64,000 nucleotides of DNA, from positions 2,144 through 66,143 of the forward strand of contig JAGWOD010000002.1 of NCBI GenBank assembly GCA_028871115.1, read 5' to 3'. The stretch comes from Patescibacteria group bacterium. GTDB taxonomy: Bacteria; Patescibacteriota; Minisyncoccia; Phycocordibacterales; SBAW01. Below, in pieces: positions 1 to 10,385 of this stretch (positions are counted from its first letter, which is position 1; every line of letters starts with the position of its first letter). Both the position numbers and the translations under genes were made by a program. The notes under the pieces are model-generated. The model saw nothing but the letters and a program-made list of their open reading frames with translations, had not been told where the DNA came from and searched no databases.

Positions 1-348
1 GCCGATACCATCAAGGAGGCTGTGAAGCGACAGCGATCCTGCCCGGAGATGGGCTCGTTCGTGTTCTGCCTCACCCGCTTCATGATGATGCCCTTGCAGA
101 ACCAGGAATCGATCGAGGAGAAGGTACAGAAAAAAACCGAGTGCGACAACAAAGGTTATCGTCGATAAGCTATATACCTTACTTCCTAGTTCAAGGGCTT
201 CCGGCAAGAGATCAAAGAATGCAACCGCAACAACAGCGCCAGCACTGAATCCAAGAATCAAATGCAGACTGTCTCGTAAACGCAGCGCCAAAAGCCCCCC
301 AAACATAGTGGCACAAAATGCACCAAATCCTATAAGCAATAAAGCCAT
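1..348 (-). CDS. ZIP family (ZupT-like) divalent metal transporter, 5' part (runs off window start)
   Basis: Not in the ORF track; translated by hand from ATG at 348: MALLLIGFGAFCATMFGGLLAL...ILGFSAGAVVAVAFFDLLPEA...HHHE...SLSLHSLLDGIG. The GFSAG/DLLPEA motif, His-rich loop and HSxxDG TM4 motif fit the ZIP family. Confidence 0.85.
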   Translation of the reverse strand, partial: MALLLIGFGAFCATMFGGLLALRLRDSLHLILGFSAGAVVAVAFFDLLPEALELGSKVYSLSTITFVVALGFFLYLLLDRFLVLQGHHHEAGEAEHERAHLRAGSLSLHSLLDGIG

Positions 349-416
349 ATCTTTTTAATAATCATATTAACGTAAAAATTCGCCGAAGACACGCTGATGG
401 GTGCTACTATACCTCC

Positions 417-908
417 ATGAAATACGGAGCGAGAGAGCGATATATCCATCGAATTTTCGTCTGGGGGATATTGCTTAAGGCATTCGATGGGATACTAGAA
501 ATCCTCGGAGGTATCGGACTCCTTTTCAGCGGAGTACTTGCCAGTACTGCAATGAGATTGATCCAGAGCGAGCTCATAGAGGACCCCAAGGATTTTCTGG
601 CCACGAACCTACAGCATCTTCTCCCTATCATTCTTGCGAATTCAGGACTATTCCCGACTATATATCTCCTGAGCCACGGCATCATTAAACTTTTTCTTGT
701 TGTGGGCCTCCTGCGCGATAAAGTATGGGCATACCCAAGCGCTATCGTCGTGTTTGGTCTGTTCGTAATGTATCAACTCTATCGATACACATTTACACAT
801 TCGATATGGCTCCTCTTACTGACGGTGCTTGATCTTATAGTTATAGGGCTTACCTGGCACGAATATCGTTTTTTCAAAACATATCGGGTGTTCCCCGACA
901 CACACTAA
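417..908 (+). CDS. DUF2127-like membrane protein
   Basis: KAFDGILE...ELIEDP.DF...YLLSHGIIK...WAYP...YQLY pattern; 4 TM segments. Confidence 0.75.
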   Translation: MKYGARERYIHRIFVWGILLKAFDGILEILGGIGLLFSGVLASTAMRLIQSELIEDPKDFLATNLQHLLPIILANSGLFPTIYLLSHGIIKLFLVVGLLRDKVWAYPSAIVVFGLFVMYQLYRYTFTHSIWLLLLTVLDLIVIGLTWHEYRFFKTYRVFPDTH

Positions 909-915
909 ATCGAAC

Positions 916-2160
916 TCAGGAGAGTTTTTTAAGCAAGTGTTGTCTGTAGGCGCCCTCAAGCCGCTCAAGAGCAAGAGTAAATGCGCCTCGGCGCAAATCA
1001 GTATGGAGCCCTTCGGCCTTCGCGGCCACAAGAGCGCTCTGTTTCTCGAGAATGGTACGAAGTTTCCCGAGAACATCCGTTTCACTCCAATGTTCTCCCG
1101 CGAGATTTTGTTCCCATTCGAATGTGGAGACAATAACACCACCACTATTGGCAAGAATATCCGGCACGACAGGGATTCCCCGCCCCAGAAGCTCGTCATC
1201 CGCTTCCGGCGTCGTCGGACCGTTAGCAAGTTCCACGATCATCTTGGCCTTGATTCGAGAAGCATTGCGCGCCGTTATCTGATCTTCAAGAGCCGCAGGC
1301 AGGAGTACATCAACAGGAAGCTCAAGAAGCTCCTCATTGGATATTTTTTCTCCTCCTTGAAAGGCATCGAGAGAGCCATACTTTTTCTTGTGGTTTTGGA
1401 GAGCTGCGACATCAAGCCCTTTTTCGTTATACACAGCATTTTTGGAATCAGACATCGCGACAATAGGGTGGCCCGCTGAAGCGAAGATCTCCGCTGCATG
1501 GCCGCCGACATTGCCCATGCCCTGCACTGCAACACTAGAAGAGCGCGGAAGCGAGTGCTTGCCCCGCAGCGCTTCAAAGACATACCATCCGCCGATGCTC
1601 GTTGCTCGCTCGCGCCCCTCTGAGCCACCCCGGCTGAGTGGTTTGCCGGTAAAGGTGGCCCCGCTGCGGTCCCCGGTTATAGAAGCGTATTCCTCCTCCA
1701 TCCACGCCATAATTCCGGGTGTTGTATTGACGTCGGGCGCGGGTACATCGATGTGGGGTCCAATGACAGGTGCGAGGGCGCGGACCCATCCCCGGCTGAG
1801 ACGCTCGAGCTCAGCGTGCGAGAGTTTTTTTGGATCAACGGTAATGCCTCCCTTTCCTCCGCCCATAGGTATATCCGCGACGGCCGTCTTGAGCGTCATC
1901 CATAACGCGAGTGCGCGCACTTCATCCATATTGGTCTGGGGATGAAAACGGATTCCCCCTTTATACGGACCGCGCAGGCTTGAATGCTGGACTCGGTAGC
2001 CTTCAAGAAACCGAACCGAACCGTCATCCATACTAAGCGGAATGGAGACACTTATTTCACGCTCAGGCGTGCGAATGCGCTCAAGAAAATCCTTCCCTAC
2101 TGGAGCGAGCGCTGCAGCGCGGGCAATTTGCTGAAGTGCAACAGTAAAAGGATTATCCAT
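916..2160 (-). CDS. gdhA: Glu/Leu/Phe/Val dehydrogenase (glutamate dehydrogenase)
   Basis: RGPYKGGIRFHP, GGGKGG, DVPAPDV, QGMGNVG, ELANGP, PDILANSGG motifs; start trimmed to MDNPF (ATG 2160). Confidence 0.92.
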   Translation of the reverse strand: MDNPFTVALQQIARAAALAPVGKDFLERIRTPEREISVSIPLSMDDGSVRFLEGYRVQHSSLRGPYKGGIRFHPQTNMDEVRALALWMTLKTAVADIPMGGGKGGITVDPKKLSHAELERLSRGWVRALAPVIGPHIDVPAPDVNTTPGIMAWMEEEYASITGDRSGATFTGKPLSRGGSEGRERATSIGGWYVFEALRGKHSLPRSSSVAVQGMGNVGGHAAEIFASAGHPIVAMSDSKNAVYNEKGLDVAALQNHKKKYGSLDAFQGGEKISNEELLELPVDVLLPAALEDQITARNASRIKAKMIVELANGPTTPEADDELLGRGIPVVPDILANSGGVIVSTFEWEQNLAGEHWSETDVLGKLRTILEKQSALVAAKAEGLHTDLRRGAFTLALERLEGAYRQHLLKKLS

Positions 2161-2171
2161 AGAACACCTTT

Positions 2172-2948
2172 TTATTGCCGGAGCCCAAATCCCTTCTTGA
2201 GTAGATACCAGTTCATTGCGGCAAGTACTGCGGCGAAAAAGAGCAGCACCCCGAAGCATACCGAAAGCGGAGCGTCAGAGAGTCCGAGGAATCCATATCG
2301 AAAGCCATTGATGATATAGAAGATGGGATCAATCTGCGTCACGATGCCCCACGCTCCGGGAAGCGACGTCACGGAGTAGAACACTCCACCAAGGTAGAGG
2401 AGCGGAGTGAGAATGAAGGTCGGAATGATATTGATGCCATCTATGGAAGTGGCATACACACCGTTGACGAGCCCGCCGAGGGAAAATACAAGGCTCGTGA
2501 GAATAAGAAAGAGGATGATAACGGCGAGATTGAAAATGATGAGATGGGTGAAGAAGAGTGAAACACCGAGGACAAGTGCTCCGATGATGAGGCCGCGGAT
2601 AATGCCTCCCGATACGAATCCGGCAACAAGAATCCAAGGAGGTGTTGGTGAGACAAGAATCTCGTCAATGCTGCGAGCGAAGAATTTTGAAGCGAACATC
2701 GTGAAGGATGTGTTTGCGTAGGAGTTCATGACGACCGAGAGCATCACAAGCCCGGGAACGACGAACATAACGTAGGGTACGCCACTCACGTTCCCGATGC
2801 GCGAACCAAGAAATGAACCGAAGATGAGAAAGTAGAGGGTCGACGTGACGATTGAAGGAAGAAAGGTCTGCGGCCAAATTCTGAAGATGCGCACAATATC
2901 CTTGCGCACGATCGTATAAAAAGAAATCCATTGTTCGTAGGGAGTCAT
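2172..2948 (-). CDS. ABC-2 type transporter permease (YadH-like)
   Basis: RIWPQT, VPGLVM, TPLLYLGGVFYS, PIFYIINGFRYGFLG; ATGA overlap with the ATPase gene. Confidence 0.9.
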   Translation of the reverse strand: MTPYEQWISFYTIVRKDIVRIFRIWPQTFLPSIVTSTLYFLIFGSFLGSRIGNVSGVPYVMFVVPGLVMLSVVMNSYANTSFTMFASKFFARSIDEILVSPTPPWILVAGFVSGGIIRGLIIGALVLGVSLFFTHLIIFNLAVIILFLILTSLVFSLGGLVNGVYATSIDGINIIPTFILTPLLYLGGVFYSVTSLPGAWGIVTQIDPIFYIINGFRYGFLGLSDAPLSVCFGVLLFFAAVLAAMNWYLLKKGFGLRQ

Positions 2949-3697
2949 GATTGGGTGAGTTGTAGAAACACTTCTTCAAGACGTCCGCCCCGCAGTTTTC
3001 CTGTGTGGGCTGATTCATCGTGCAGCGCGAGAATTTCCTCCATGGAGCCCTGCGCCACGATGCTGCCTTTGTTGATGATGGCTACATGTTTAGCGAGGCG
3101 CTCGGCCTCTTCAAGATAATGAGTGGTAAGGAGTATTGTAATCCCCTGCTGCGTGAGTCCCGTCAGATACCCCCACATACTTCGGCGCAGCTCCACATCG
3201 ACGCCTGCTGTCGGCTCATCGAGAATAAGAAAGCGCGGCTCATGGATGAGGGCGCGGGCAATCATAAGCCGGCGCTGCATGCCGCCGGAGAGACGCTGCG
3301 CGGGCTCATAGCGCTTCTCATACAGATTAAGGTCGGCAAGAATTTTCTCCGCTCGTGGAAGCGCCCGTGAGCGCGGAACGCCATAGTACCCGGCCTGATT
3401 GACGACAATGTCGATGACTTTCTCGAAAATATTAATGTTGAGATTTTGAGGAACAACGCCGATGTAGGTGCGGGCCTGCTCAGGCTCTCGGTCGATGTTC
3501 GCTCCAAATACCTCTACCTCCCCCGCACTCTTATTGACGAGTCCCGTGACAATCCCGATGAGCGTCGTCTTACCTGCGCCGTTGGGACCGAGAAGCGCGA
3601 AGAAATCCCCGGGAGGCATCTCAAGGGACACACCATCGAGCGCTCGGGTGCCACCCGCGTAGGTCTTCTCAAGATTTTTTATTGAAAGCGCGTTCAC
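2945..3697 (-). CDS. ABC transporter ATP-binding protein (YadG-like)
   Basis: Walker A GPNGAGKT, LSGGM signature, ILDEPTAGVD, TTHYLEEA. Confidence 0.92.
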   Translation of the reverse strand: MNALSIKNLEKTYAGGTRALDGVSLEMPPGDFFALLGPNGAGKTTLIGIVTGLVNKSAGEVEVFGANIDREPEQARTYIGVVPQNLNINIFEKVIDIVVNQAGYYGVPRSRALPRAEKILADLNLYEKRYEPAQRLSGGMQRRLMIARALIHEPRFLILDEPTAGVDVELRRSMWGYLTGLTQQGITILLTTHYLEEAERLAKHVAIINKGSIVAQGSMEEILALHDESAHTGKLRGGRLEEVFLQLTQS

Positions 3698-3751
3698 AAA
3701 ATTTTCCGTGGATGGGTAAACCCCGTGCGGGAGTATTGTATCAAAATCTGC

Positions 3752-4951
3752 TCAGTGGAGCTTCGGCAAAAGACTCCAGAGACGGGGATCTTCCCGACCA
3801 TCGATTTTGAAGATTGCGACACCTCGCACGCCCAAGGTCTCTGCGAGATAGAGCTTATCGCCAATTGCACCTGCATCGCTCCACCAGACGATATTGAAAG
3901 ATGAAGCCGTGGAAGCAGTTGAGGAAGTGTTGGAGTATGTCGTTGTCGCATTCTGAAGCGAGGTGGTTGGGGTGATATCAGGAGTAGTGTCGGTCATAGA
4001 CGTCGGGGTATAGGTAAAGCTCAACTCTCCTGCGGAATTGCGTGTCGGAGTTATCCCGAGAGATTGAGCGAGCGCTGTTGCGTAATCCGGATCGAAGGCC
4101 CATTGTAGATTGTATTGGTAGCCCTCTTGGAGCGGAACCACTTGATATTCGTAGCCGTAGGTTGCGACACCGATCTCAATTTTTCGCCTCGAAATACTCT
4201 GCGCGGCGAGATTTACGACCGCGCTTACCCATTGTGGATCGGCAATAGGCATATACAGGCCCTGCTGCGCTTCGTTGAGTTTGACGTCCACAGTGTCTTG
4301 ATCGTAGGTCATGAGGCTAACCCGGTCACAGTACTTATTAATGGCAGTGAAATCATTGGCATACTCTGTGGCATCGGCAGGTGGAGTTCCATCATAGCGG
4401 TCTGAGACCGGGGTGCGTGCCTCGATAGTACACACTACCCATTTATTGCCCATACGAGCATAGAGGCCTTTGAGAAAGAGGGAGAAGTAGTTCTTGTCCT
4501 GAGCCTCTTTACCCTCAAAATCAATATCAATGCCGTTGAAGTTTTGTTGAAACGCGAGGGTGGCGATAGTTTTCTCGAGCGCGATGCGCGAGGTGGTATT
4601 GCTGAGGATATTGTTGATGGCCGTGGTGTCGCTCCACATGACGGTCGGCACCACGAGTACACCTTTCGCCTTAGCAGCCGCTATGAGCGTCGACCAGGGC
4701 GGAGAGTCAATGCCCATAGGATCGTAGAGCGTACCATCCGGCTGCACAATATATCCGAATGGGTTTATCTCGGAGAGATAATTGAGGTGCGCGAGTGCGT
4801 CCGCAGTGCCGGTTGCAGAGCTCCAATACGGGATCCATGCGGAAACCTCAAGCGCGGGAGATTTGCTGACACTCGCGGCCTGAGATATCGCAGGCGCTAG
4901 AAACATTACAAGAGCAGCAAATGAAAAGAGAGCAGCCAAGAGAGAGCGCAT
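3752..4951 (-). CDS. Secreted glycoside hydrolase family 18 protein
   Basis: Signal peptide; catalytic FNGIDIDFE (DxDxE), LMTYD, GVATYGY, GVRGVAIF. Confidence 0.85.
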   Translation of the reverse strand: MRSLLAALFSFAALVMFLAPAISQAASVSKSPALEVSAWIPYWSSATGTADALAHLNYLSEINPFGYIVQPDGTLYDPMGIDSPPWSTLIAAAKAKGVLVVPTVMWSDTTAINNILSNTTSRIALEKTIATLAFQQNFNGIDIDFEGKEAQDKNYFSLFLKGLYARMGNKWVVCTIEARTPVSDRYDGTPPADATEYANDFTAINKYCDRVSLMTYDQDTVDVKLNEAQQGLYMPIADPQWVSAVVNLAAQSISRRKIEIGVATYGYEYQVVPLQEGYQYNLQWAFDPDYATALAQSLGITPTRNSAGELSFTYTPTSMTDTTPDITPTTSLQNATTTYSNTSSTASTASSFNIVWWSDAGAIGDKLYLAETLGVRGVAIFKIDGREDPRLWSLLPKLH

Positions 4952-5070
4952 GCATGTATTGTACGCGTCAGGGCCTTCCTATACTAGTTTTCAGCGTCGC
5001 TATTTAGTCTCACAATGTCTTTCTATGCTCATCGCGTATAATAAAGCTGTTCTTGCGAGCCCCATAAAGC

Positions 5071-5712
5071 ATGTCCGACCCCGTCATCGCCCATGCATAC
5101 CTCATCCTCATTCCTCTCGCCATTCTCGAGGGACCGCTCCTTGCTATTGCCTGCGGCGTGGGCGCAGGGCTAGGGTACCTCAATCCCCTCCTCGCTTACG
5201 GAATCTTAATCCTAGGCGATGTGATACCGGACAACATGTATTACTGGATCGGCCGGTATGGAGCGACCCTCACCTGGGTTCGCCGCACCGCCGCACGTAC
5301 ACATCTCATCCGCAGGCACTTCATCTCTCTTGAGCGTTTGTGGCGAGAGCGGCCTCTTACGACGCTCTCCGCAGCAAAACTCTCCTACGGCCTTACTCCC
5401 CCTCTTGTTGTGAGTGCGGGACTAAGTGGGGTCCCCTACTCTCGTTTCGCTTCAGCCTCCCTTTTCATCGGAGCGATATATCTCGGGATGCTCGGCGCAG
5501 TAGGGTACGTGCTCTCACACGCATACGGCTACATTAACGTATCAACGGGAAACGCCGGATTCTATGTCGGCATAGCAGGCTTCGCCTGTTTCTGTTTTTT
5601 ACTATCGGTGATGTATCATGCCCACCGACATATTTCGCGCGAAAGTCGCGAGCAAGGCATTGCGGAAAGTTACCTTATCTCAAAAGAAGATATTCCCAAG
5701 GGAGCAGACTAA
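5071..5712 (+). CDS. DedA/VTT family membrane protein
   Basis: LEGP...GD...YYWIGRYG...AKLSYG...AGL DedA-like pattern. Confidence 0.75.
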   Translation: MSDPVIAHAYLILIPLAILEGPLLAIACGVGAGLGYLNPLLAYGILILGDVIPDNMYYWIGRYGATLTWVRRTAARTHLIRRHFISLERLWRERPLTTLSAAKLSYGLTPPLVVSAGLSGVPYSRFASASLFIGAIYLGMLGAVGYVLSHAYGYINVSTGNAGFYVGIAGFACFCFLLSVMYHAHRHISRESREQGIAESYLISKEDIPKGAD

Positions 5713-5775
5713 CCTCTCTTTGAAATAGCCCGTTTGCTATACTGAGAGTACTTACTAGCTAGTGCCTTTTTATAC

Positions 5776-6258
5776 ATGAAAGCATCTACATGGGTTTGGA
5801 TAGTCATCGTTATTCTCATTATCGCGGGAGGAGTTTGGTGGTGGTTGAGCTCTCAGAATCCTGCCACTGCCCCTTACTCAAACACCTCGCAGAGTACCTC
5901 AACTTCAAGTGGTAATGGGGGTAATGTAGCGCTTGGGGAGAATACCAGCGCCTCGGTCGGAACCTATCTCATCGCAAGCAACGGCATGACACTCTACACG
6001 TATGCCGATGATTCAACGGGAGTTTCCAATTGCGCGGGAGCGTGCGCACAGAAGTGGCCTCCCTATACTGTCACGTCGGCTACAAGCCTCGTCGCAGAGT
6101 CACCGATAGGAGGAATGCTCGGTACCATAGTGCGAGCCGACGGAAGTCTCCAGGTCACCTATAACGGAATGCCCCTCTACTTTTATACAGGAGATACATC
6201 ACCCGGAAATACCAACGGTGAAGGTATAGGAAACCTCTGGTACGTCGCTAAACCCTAG
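5776..6258 (+). CDS. Membrane-anchored secreted protein with repeated Y-X4-D motif (Lipoprotein_15-like)
   Basis: GMTLYTYADD...SNCAGACAQKWPP...RADG..QVTYNGMPLYFY.GD...G.G..W. Confidence 0.85.
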   Translation: MKASTWVWIVIVILIIAGGVWWWLSSQNPATAPYSNTSQSTSTSSGNGGNVALGENTSASVGTYLIASNGMTLYTYADDSTGVSNCAGACAQKWPPYTVTSATSLVAESPIGGMLGTIVRADGSLQVTYNGMPLYFYTGDTSPGNTNGEGIGNLWYVAKP

Positions 6259-6259
6259 G

Positions 6260-6817
6260 CTAGAGAATGAACGGAATAAATCGCTTAGTCCTAGCAACAT
6301 AGGCGGGATAGTCATTCGGGAACTGCGCAAGCATAATCCGCTCCTCTACCGTGCTGCTATAAATGAAATAGAGTGCGAAGAAGCCACCAATGATGAGCCA
6401 GTACGCGGTAGTTGCAAAAGCCGATCCAAGAACGGCAAGAATAAAACCGGTATAGATGGGATGCCGCACGAAGGTGTAGGGACCTGACGTGACGAGTTCA
6501 GGATCTTTTTTGAGTGACATGGGCATGCCCCAGTTGCGGCCCAGATATATGCGCGCCCAAATGGCAAAGGCTATACCTGCCATAGCAATGAAGAGGCCGA
6601 GAGTTTCAAACGCTATATTCGGGAACAGTGGTCCCACGGCAAATACTCTCACTGATTTTATCTGGAAGAGAAGAACAATCACAATAATCATGAGGACACG
6701 CTCTCCCCATCCTGCGGCACTTCTGCGCGCGTAGCTTTTAGAGCTAAACGATGAGACGAACCAATAGATTAAGAATGCAAACCACAAGAAATCGATAATA
6801 AGTTCGATGATGTTCAT
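6260..6817 (-). CDS. Isoprenylcysteine carboxyl methyltransferase/PEMT family membrane protein
   Basis: LGRNW...LVTSGPY.FVRHPIY.G...EE..M...F...Y..Y...RFIP; start trimmed to MNIIE. Confidence 0.88.
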   Translation of the reverse strand: MNIIELIIDFLWFAFLIYWFVSSFSSKSYARRSAAGWGERVLMIIVIVLLFQIKSVRVFAVGPLFPNIAFETLGLFIAMAGIAFAIWARIYLGRNWGMPMSLKKDPELVTSGPYTFVRHPIYTGFILAVLGSAFATTAYWLIIGGFFALYFIYSSTVEERIMLAQFPNDYPAYVARTKRFIPFIL

Positions 6818-6917
6818 ATACCAGCATAGTTTAGCATTCTTGCTATTTCTCCACAGCGGAAAAATAACCTTGGACAAAAGAGCGTATCATGGATGTATTA
6901 CTCTTTAACATTTTTGC

Positions 6918-7340
6918 ATGTCATATCGTGGTCTCCGCGAAGCAGCTAAATTTTGTGCCGGAATCGTAACGGCTGATCTGCTTACCGTCCTGTGGATGTG
7001 GTCCAATAATCTCTTTCCCTTCCAAATATGGGGAGTCACCTGGACAAGCAGTGTGGTACTGCCCGGTGTCATATTCGATCTCGCGGTCATTATCTTTCTT
7101 GTCCATTATGGGTGGCACCTTGGCAAAATACCCCGCCCACGCGAGCGCACCTATCTCCTTGTTGCAGGAGTGATTTTCACGATCATCGCCCTGGCACACC
7201 TCACCCGGATCTTCACGCAAGGAAGCCTCGTTATCTTCAACTGGAGCGTGCCGCTGTGGCTCTCTTGGATCGGAACAATCGTCACTGCCTATCTTGCCTA
7301 CGCAAGCTTCCACTTCGCTACCACGCGATCGAGACGATAA
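6918..7340 (+). CDS. Hypothetical membrane protein (4 TM)
   Basis: Hydrophobic ORF filling the gap between ICMT and typA. Confidence 0.6.
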   Translation: MSYRGLREAAKFCAGIVTADLLTVLWMWSNNLFPFQIWGVTWTSSVVLPGVIFDLAVIIFLVHYGWHLGKIPRPRERTYLLVAGVIFTIIALAHLTRIFTQGSLVIFNWSVPLWLSWIGTIVTAYLAYASFHFATTRSRR

Positions 7341-7348
7341 AGGGAGTC

Positions 7349-9133
7349 CTACGCATTTCGGTCGCGCATATTCTTAGTGAGTATTTGTTTACGCAGACGC
7401 ACGGACTTCGGCGTGATTTCGAGGTATTCATCTTCATTCATCACCTCGAGCCCGCGCTCTATCGTGAGTAAAAATGGCGGCACAAGCTGTATAGACTCGT
7501 CGGAGCCCGACGCACGCATGTTCGTGAGCTGCTTCCCTTTTGTCGGATTGACATACATTTCCTCGCCCTTGGAGGTATTGCCAATAACCATTCCTTCATA
7601 GATTTCAGTACCGGGGCCGATGTAGAGCACGCCGCGCTCTTGCAAATTCCACAGGGCAAACCCTAAAGCCTTACCATTCATCATGGAAACCATAGATCCC
7701 ACTGCGCGTCGTGTGATATCCCCCGCGTAGGGGCGAAACTCAATAAAGCGCGAAGAAAAAATACCTTCGCCTTTGGTATCAAGAACAAATTGGCTCCGAT
7801 ACCCCAAGAGTCCGCGAGAAGGTCCTTCTAATGTGAGCCGCAGGGACCCATCATGGTGTTTAATATCTTTCAGTACTATTTTTCGCGATCCGAGGCGCTC
7901 GATGATGGCACCCTGGTAGGCGCTCGGGATATCGATAATAACTTCTTCAAACGGCTCAAGTCGCTCGCCGTTCTCTCCGCTATGAAAAATAACCTGCGGT
8001 TGCGAAACCTGGCACTCATACCCTTCACGACGCATATGCTCAAGCAAAATCGAAATATGAAGCTCTCCACGGCCGCTTACCTTGAAGGCTTCGGCTTGGG
8101 AGAAATCTATTTTAAGACCGACATTGACCTGAAGTTCGCGCTCAAGTCGCTCGCGCAGCTGGCGTGAAGTGACAAACTTTCCTTCACGACCGGCAAAGGG
8201 AGAACTGTTCACCAAAAAATTAAGGGTAATCGTCGGTTCATCTACCGCAATGGCAGGCAATAATGTAACCTCGGCGCTCCTTGCTATGGTGTCACCAATG
8301 TCAATGTCACCGAGTCCCGCTATGAGCACAATGTCTCCAGCAACCGCTTCAGAGACTTCCACACGCTCAAGCCCCAAGAACGAAAATAGTTTTGTCACCT
8401 TCGCGCGACGCGGCTCATGGGTGGTACTCATAACAAACACCTGCTCACCCGTTGCAATTTTTCCTTCATACAAACGCGCCACCGCGAGACGGCCAAGAAA
8501 ATTATCGTACCCAAGATTAAACGGCTGCGCGCGCAGGAGCTTCTTCTCCAACTCTGGAGAAGACGCAGAAGGGACATGCTCGTAAATCGTCTCAAGAAGC
8601 GGTGTCAGATCCTTCGAAGCATCTTCGAGCCGTCGCTTGGCAATGCCTTCGCGGCCAATCGCGTAGACAACCGGAAAATTACTTTGCTCGTCGTTAGCAC
8701 CAAGCTCCAAAAAAAGCTCAAGCACCTGTTCCTCGCAGCGCTTAGGATCGGCCGCAGGCTTGTCTATTTTATTGATAATAACGATAGGACGAAGCCCAAG
8801 CTCCAAGGACTTCTTTAAGACGAAACGCGTCTGCGGCATCGGACCCTCTTGGGCATCGACAACAAGGAGCACGCAGTCAATAGAGCGCAGTACCCGCTCG
8901 ACTTCAGAGCCGAAGTCGGCATGACCGGGCGTATCAACGATGTTTATCTTTGTATTGCGATACTCAACTGCCGCATTTTTCGCATAAATCGTAATACCAC
9001 GCTCACGTTCAAGATCATTTGAATCCATCGAGACGCCTTCCTTCGTGACGCCACACTGGCGCAAGAGCGCATCAGTAAGGGTCGTCTTACCGTGGTCGAC
9101 GTGGGCGATAATAGCGATATTCCGTATCTCCAT
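7349..9133 (-). CDS. typA: Translational GTPase TypA/BipA
   Basis: IAHVDHGKTT, ERERGITI, DTPGHADF, NKID, GRGELH, KQLTNMRASGSD. Confidence 0.97.
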   Translation of the reverse strand: MEIRNIAIIAHVDHGKTTLTDALLRQCGVTKEGVSMDSNDLERERGITIYAKNAAVEYRNTKINIVDTPGHADFGSEVERVLRSIDCVLLVVDAQEGPMPQTRFVLKKSLELGLRPIVIINKIDKPAADPKRCEEQVLELFLELGANDEQSNFPVVYAIGREGIAKRRLEDASKDLTPLLETIYEHVPSASSPELEKKLLRAQPFNLGYDNFLGRLAVARLYEGKIATGEQVFVMSTTHEPRRAKVTKLFSFLGLERVEVSEAVAGDIVLIAGLGDIDIGDTIARSAEVTLLPAIAVDEPTITLNFLVNSSPFAGREGKFVTSRQLRERLERELQVNVGLKIDFSQAEAFKVSGRGELHISILLEHMRREGYECQVSQPQVIFHSGENGERLEPFEEVIIDIPSAYQGAIIERLGSRKIVLKDIKHHDGSLRLTLEGPSRGLLGYRSQFVLDTKGEGIFSSRFIEFRPYAGDITRRAVGSMVSMMNGKALGFALWNLQERGVLYIGPGTEIYEGMVIGNTSKGEEMYVNPTKGKQLTNMRASGSDESIQLVPPFLLTIERGLEVMNEDEYLEITPKSVRLRKQILTKNMRDRNA

Positions 9134-9267
9134 AATAAAAAGGCCCGGCTGGCCTTAGAAGCCAAGCATATCATTTTTCAGCCCAAAAAGAAATTATCAT
9201 CCTCTTCTTAAGAAGAGGTTTGGGCTGCGCAGTGAGACTTCTCAGCAGTATTTTCGTATTGGCCCGA

Positions 9268-10380
9268 CTAGGACCAGCGAAAAACACGGAACGCTATGAC
9301 GTAGATAACTACCGTCCATACGAGTAGCAACCCGAGCTGCGGGCCGATATCGGTGAGATGTTTCCCTTGTGTAGCTATCATGCGCAAGCCATCGATGATG
9401 GGCGTGAGCGGAAAATAGGTCGAGATGCCCTGAAGCCACCCCGGCATGAGAAAGCGCGGGAAGAATGTCCCGGAGAGAAACATCATTGGAAAGACGATGA
9501 TGTTTGAGAGCGGCGCAGCCTGGCTTTGATCTTTTGCCCAGCCGCCGACCGCAAGCCCTATCCCCAACATCGTGATGATGGAAAGAATGAGATAGACAAA
9601 CAGCTCAAAATAATTACCCACCACTTGTAAATGGAAAATTAATATCGCACATAAAAACATTGCTGCGATAGTGAGAAGCCCCACTGCGCACTGCGAGAGC
9701 GCGGTAGCCACAAAATATTGCCAGACCTTAAGCGGGGTGGTCTCGAGCCGGCGCAAGACCCCCTGTTTTTTTAGCTCAGGGAAAATATTGACCGGTCCGA
9801 ATATGCCAATGCCTAAGAGCGCAAAACCAAGTAGCCCAGCAAACGTGTAGTCAAAAGAGGTAAGTCCCTGGGTGCCTGTCTCTTGCACCGAGACACCAAA
9901 GGGCATTGCGGTCGTGACGAATTGCCCATTAAGGGGCTGTAGCGCCGCCTGAATCACTGACTCAAGGGCTTGGGCCTCCTGTGCATTGGTGTAGGGATAA
10001 TAAATGACCGCTGCTCCGCTGGGGGTTGAAGAACCTGCGGCAGTTTGCCCGAAGCTTGCGGGCAACACTACCGCGGCATCGAGAGTGCCGTTGGCCATCT
10101 GTACTTGAGCATCGCTGAGCGTCGTTATCTTCGTATTTATTTTAAAGACGCTGACGCTAGCGAGATTTGTGCTCATCTGTGCAGCTATAGGACTTTGAGA
10201 TTCGTTTATAAGCGCAATGTTGAAGGATATGTTGTTACCGGCGTTGCCAAAGATACCCCCGAGCACAAACAGAATGATGAGGGGAAACAGCAGACCAAAG
10301 AAAATCGCCACGCGATTGCGAAAAAAACGTTTCGTATTGACATAGGCGAATACAAAAACAGTGTATAGAGATTGTTTCAT
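9268..10380 (-). CDS. ABC-2 type transporter permease
   Basis: N-terminal TM, extracytoplasmic loop, PMMFLSGTFFP. Confidence 0.88.
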   Translation of the reverse strand: MKQSLYTVFVFAYVNTKRFFRNRVAIFFGLLFPLIILFVLGGIFGNAGNNISFNIALINESQSPIAAQMSTNLASVSVFKINTKITTLSDAQVQMANGTLDAAVVLPASFGQTAAGSSTPSGAAVIYYPYTNAQEAQALESVIQAALQPLNGQFVTTAMPFGVSVQETGTQGLTSFDYTFAGLLGFALLGIGIFGPVNIFPELKKQGVLRRLETTPLKVWQYFVATALSQCAVGLLTIAAMFLCAILIFHLQVVGNYFELFVYLILSIITMLGIGLAVGGWAKDQSQAAPLSNIIVFPMMFLSGTFFPRFLMPGWLQGISTYFPLTPIIDGLRMIATQGKHLTDIGPQLGLLLVWTVVIYVIAFRVFRWS

Positions 10381-10385
10381 ATAAA

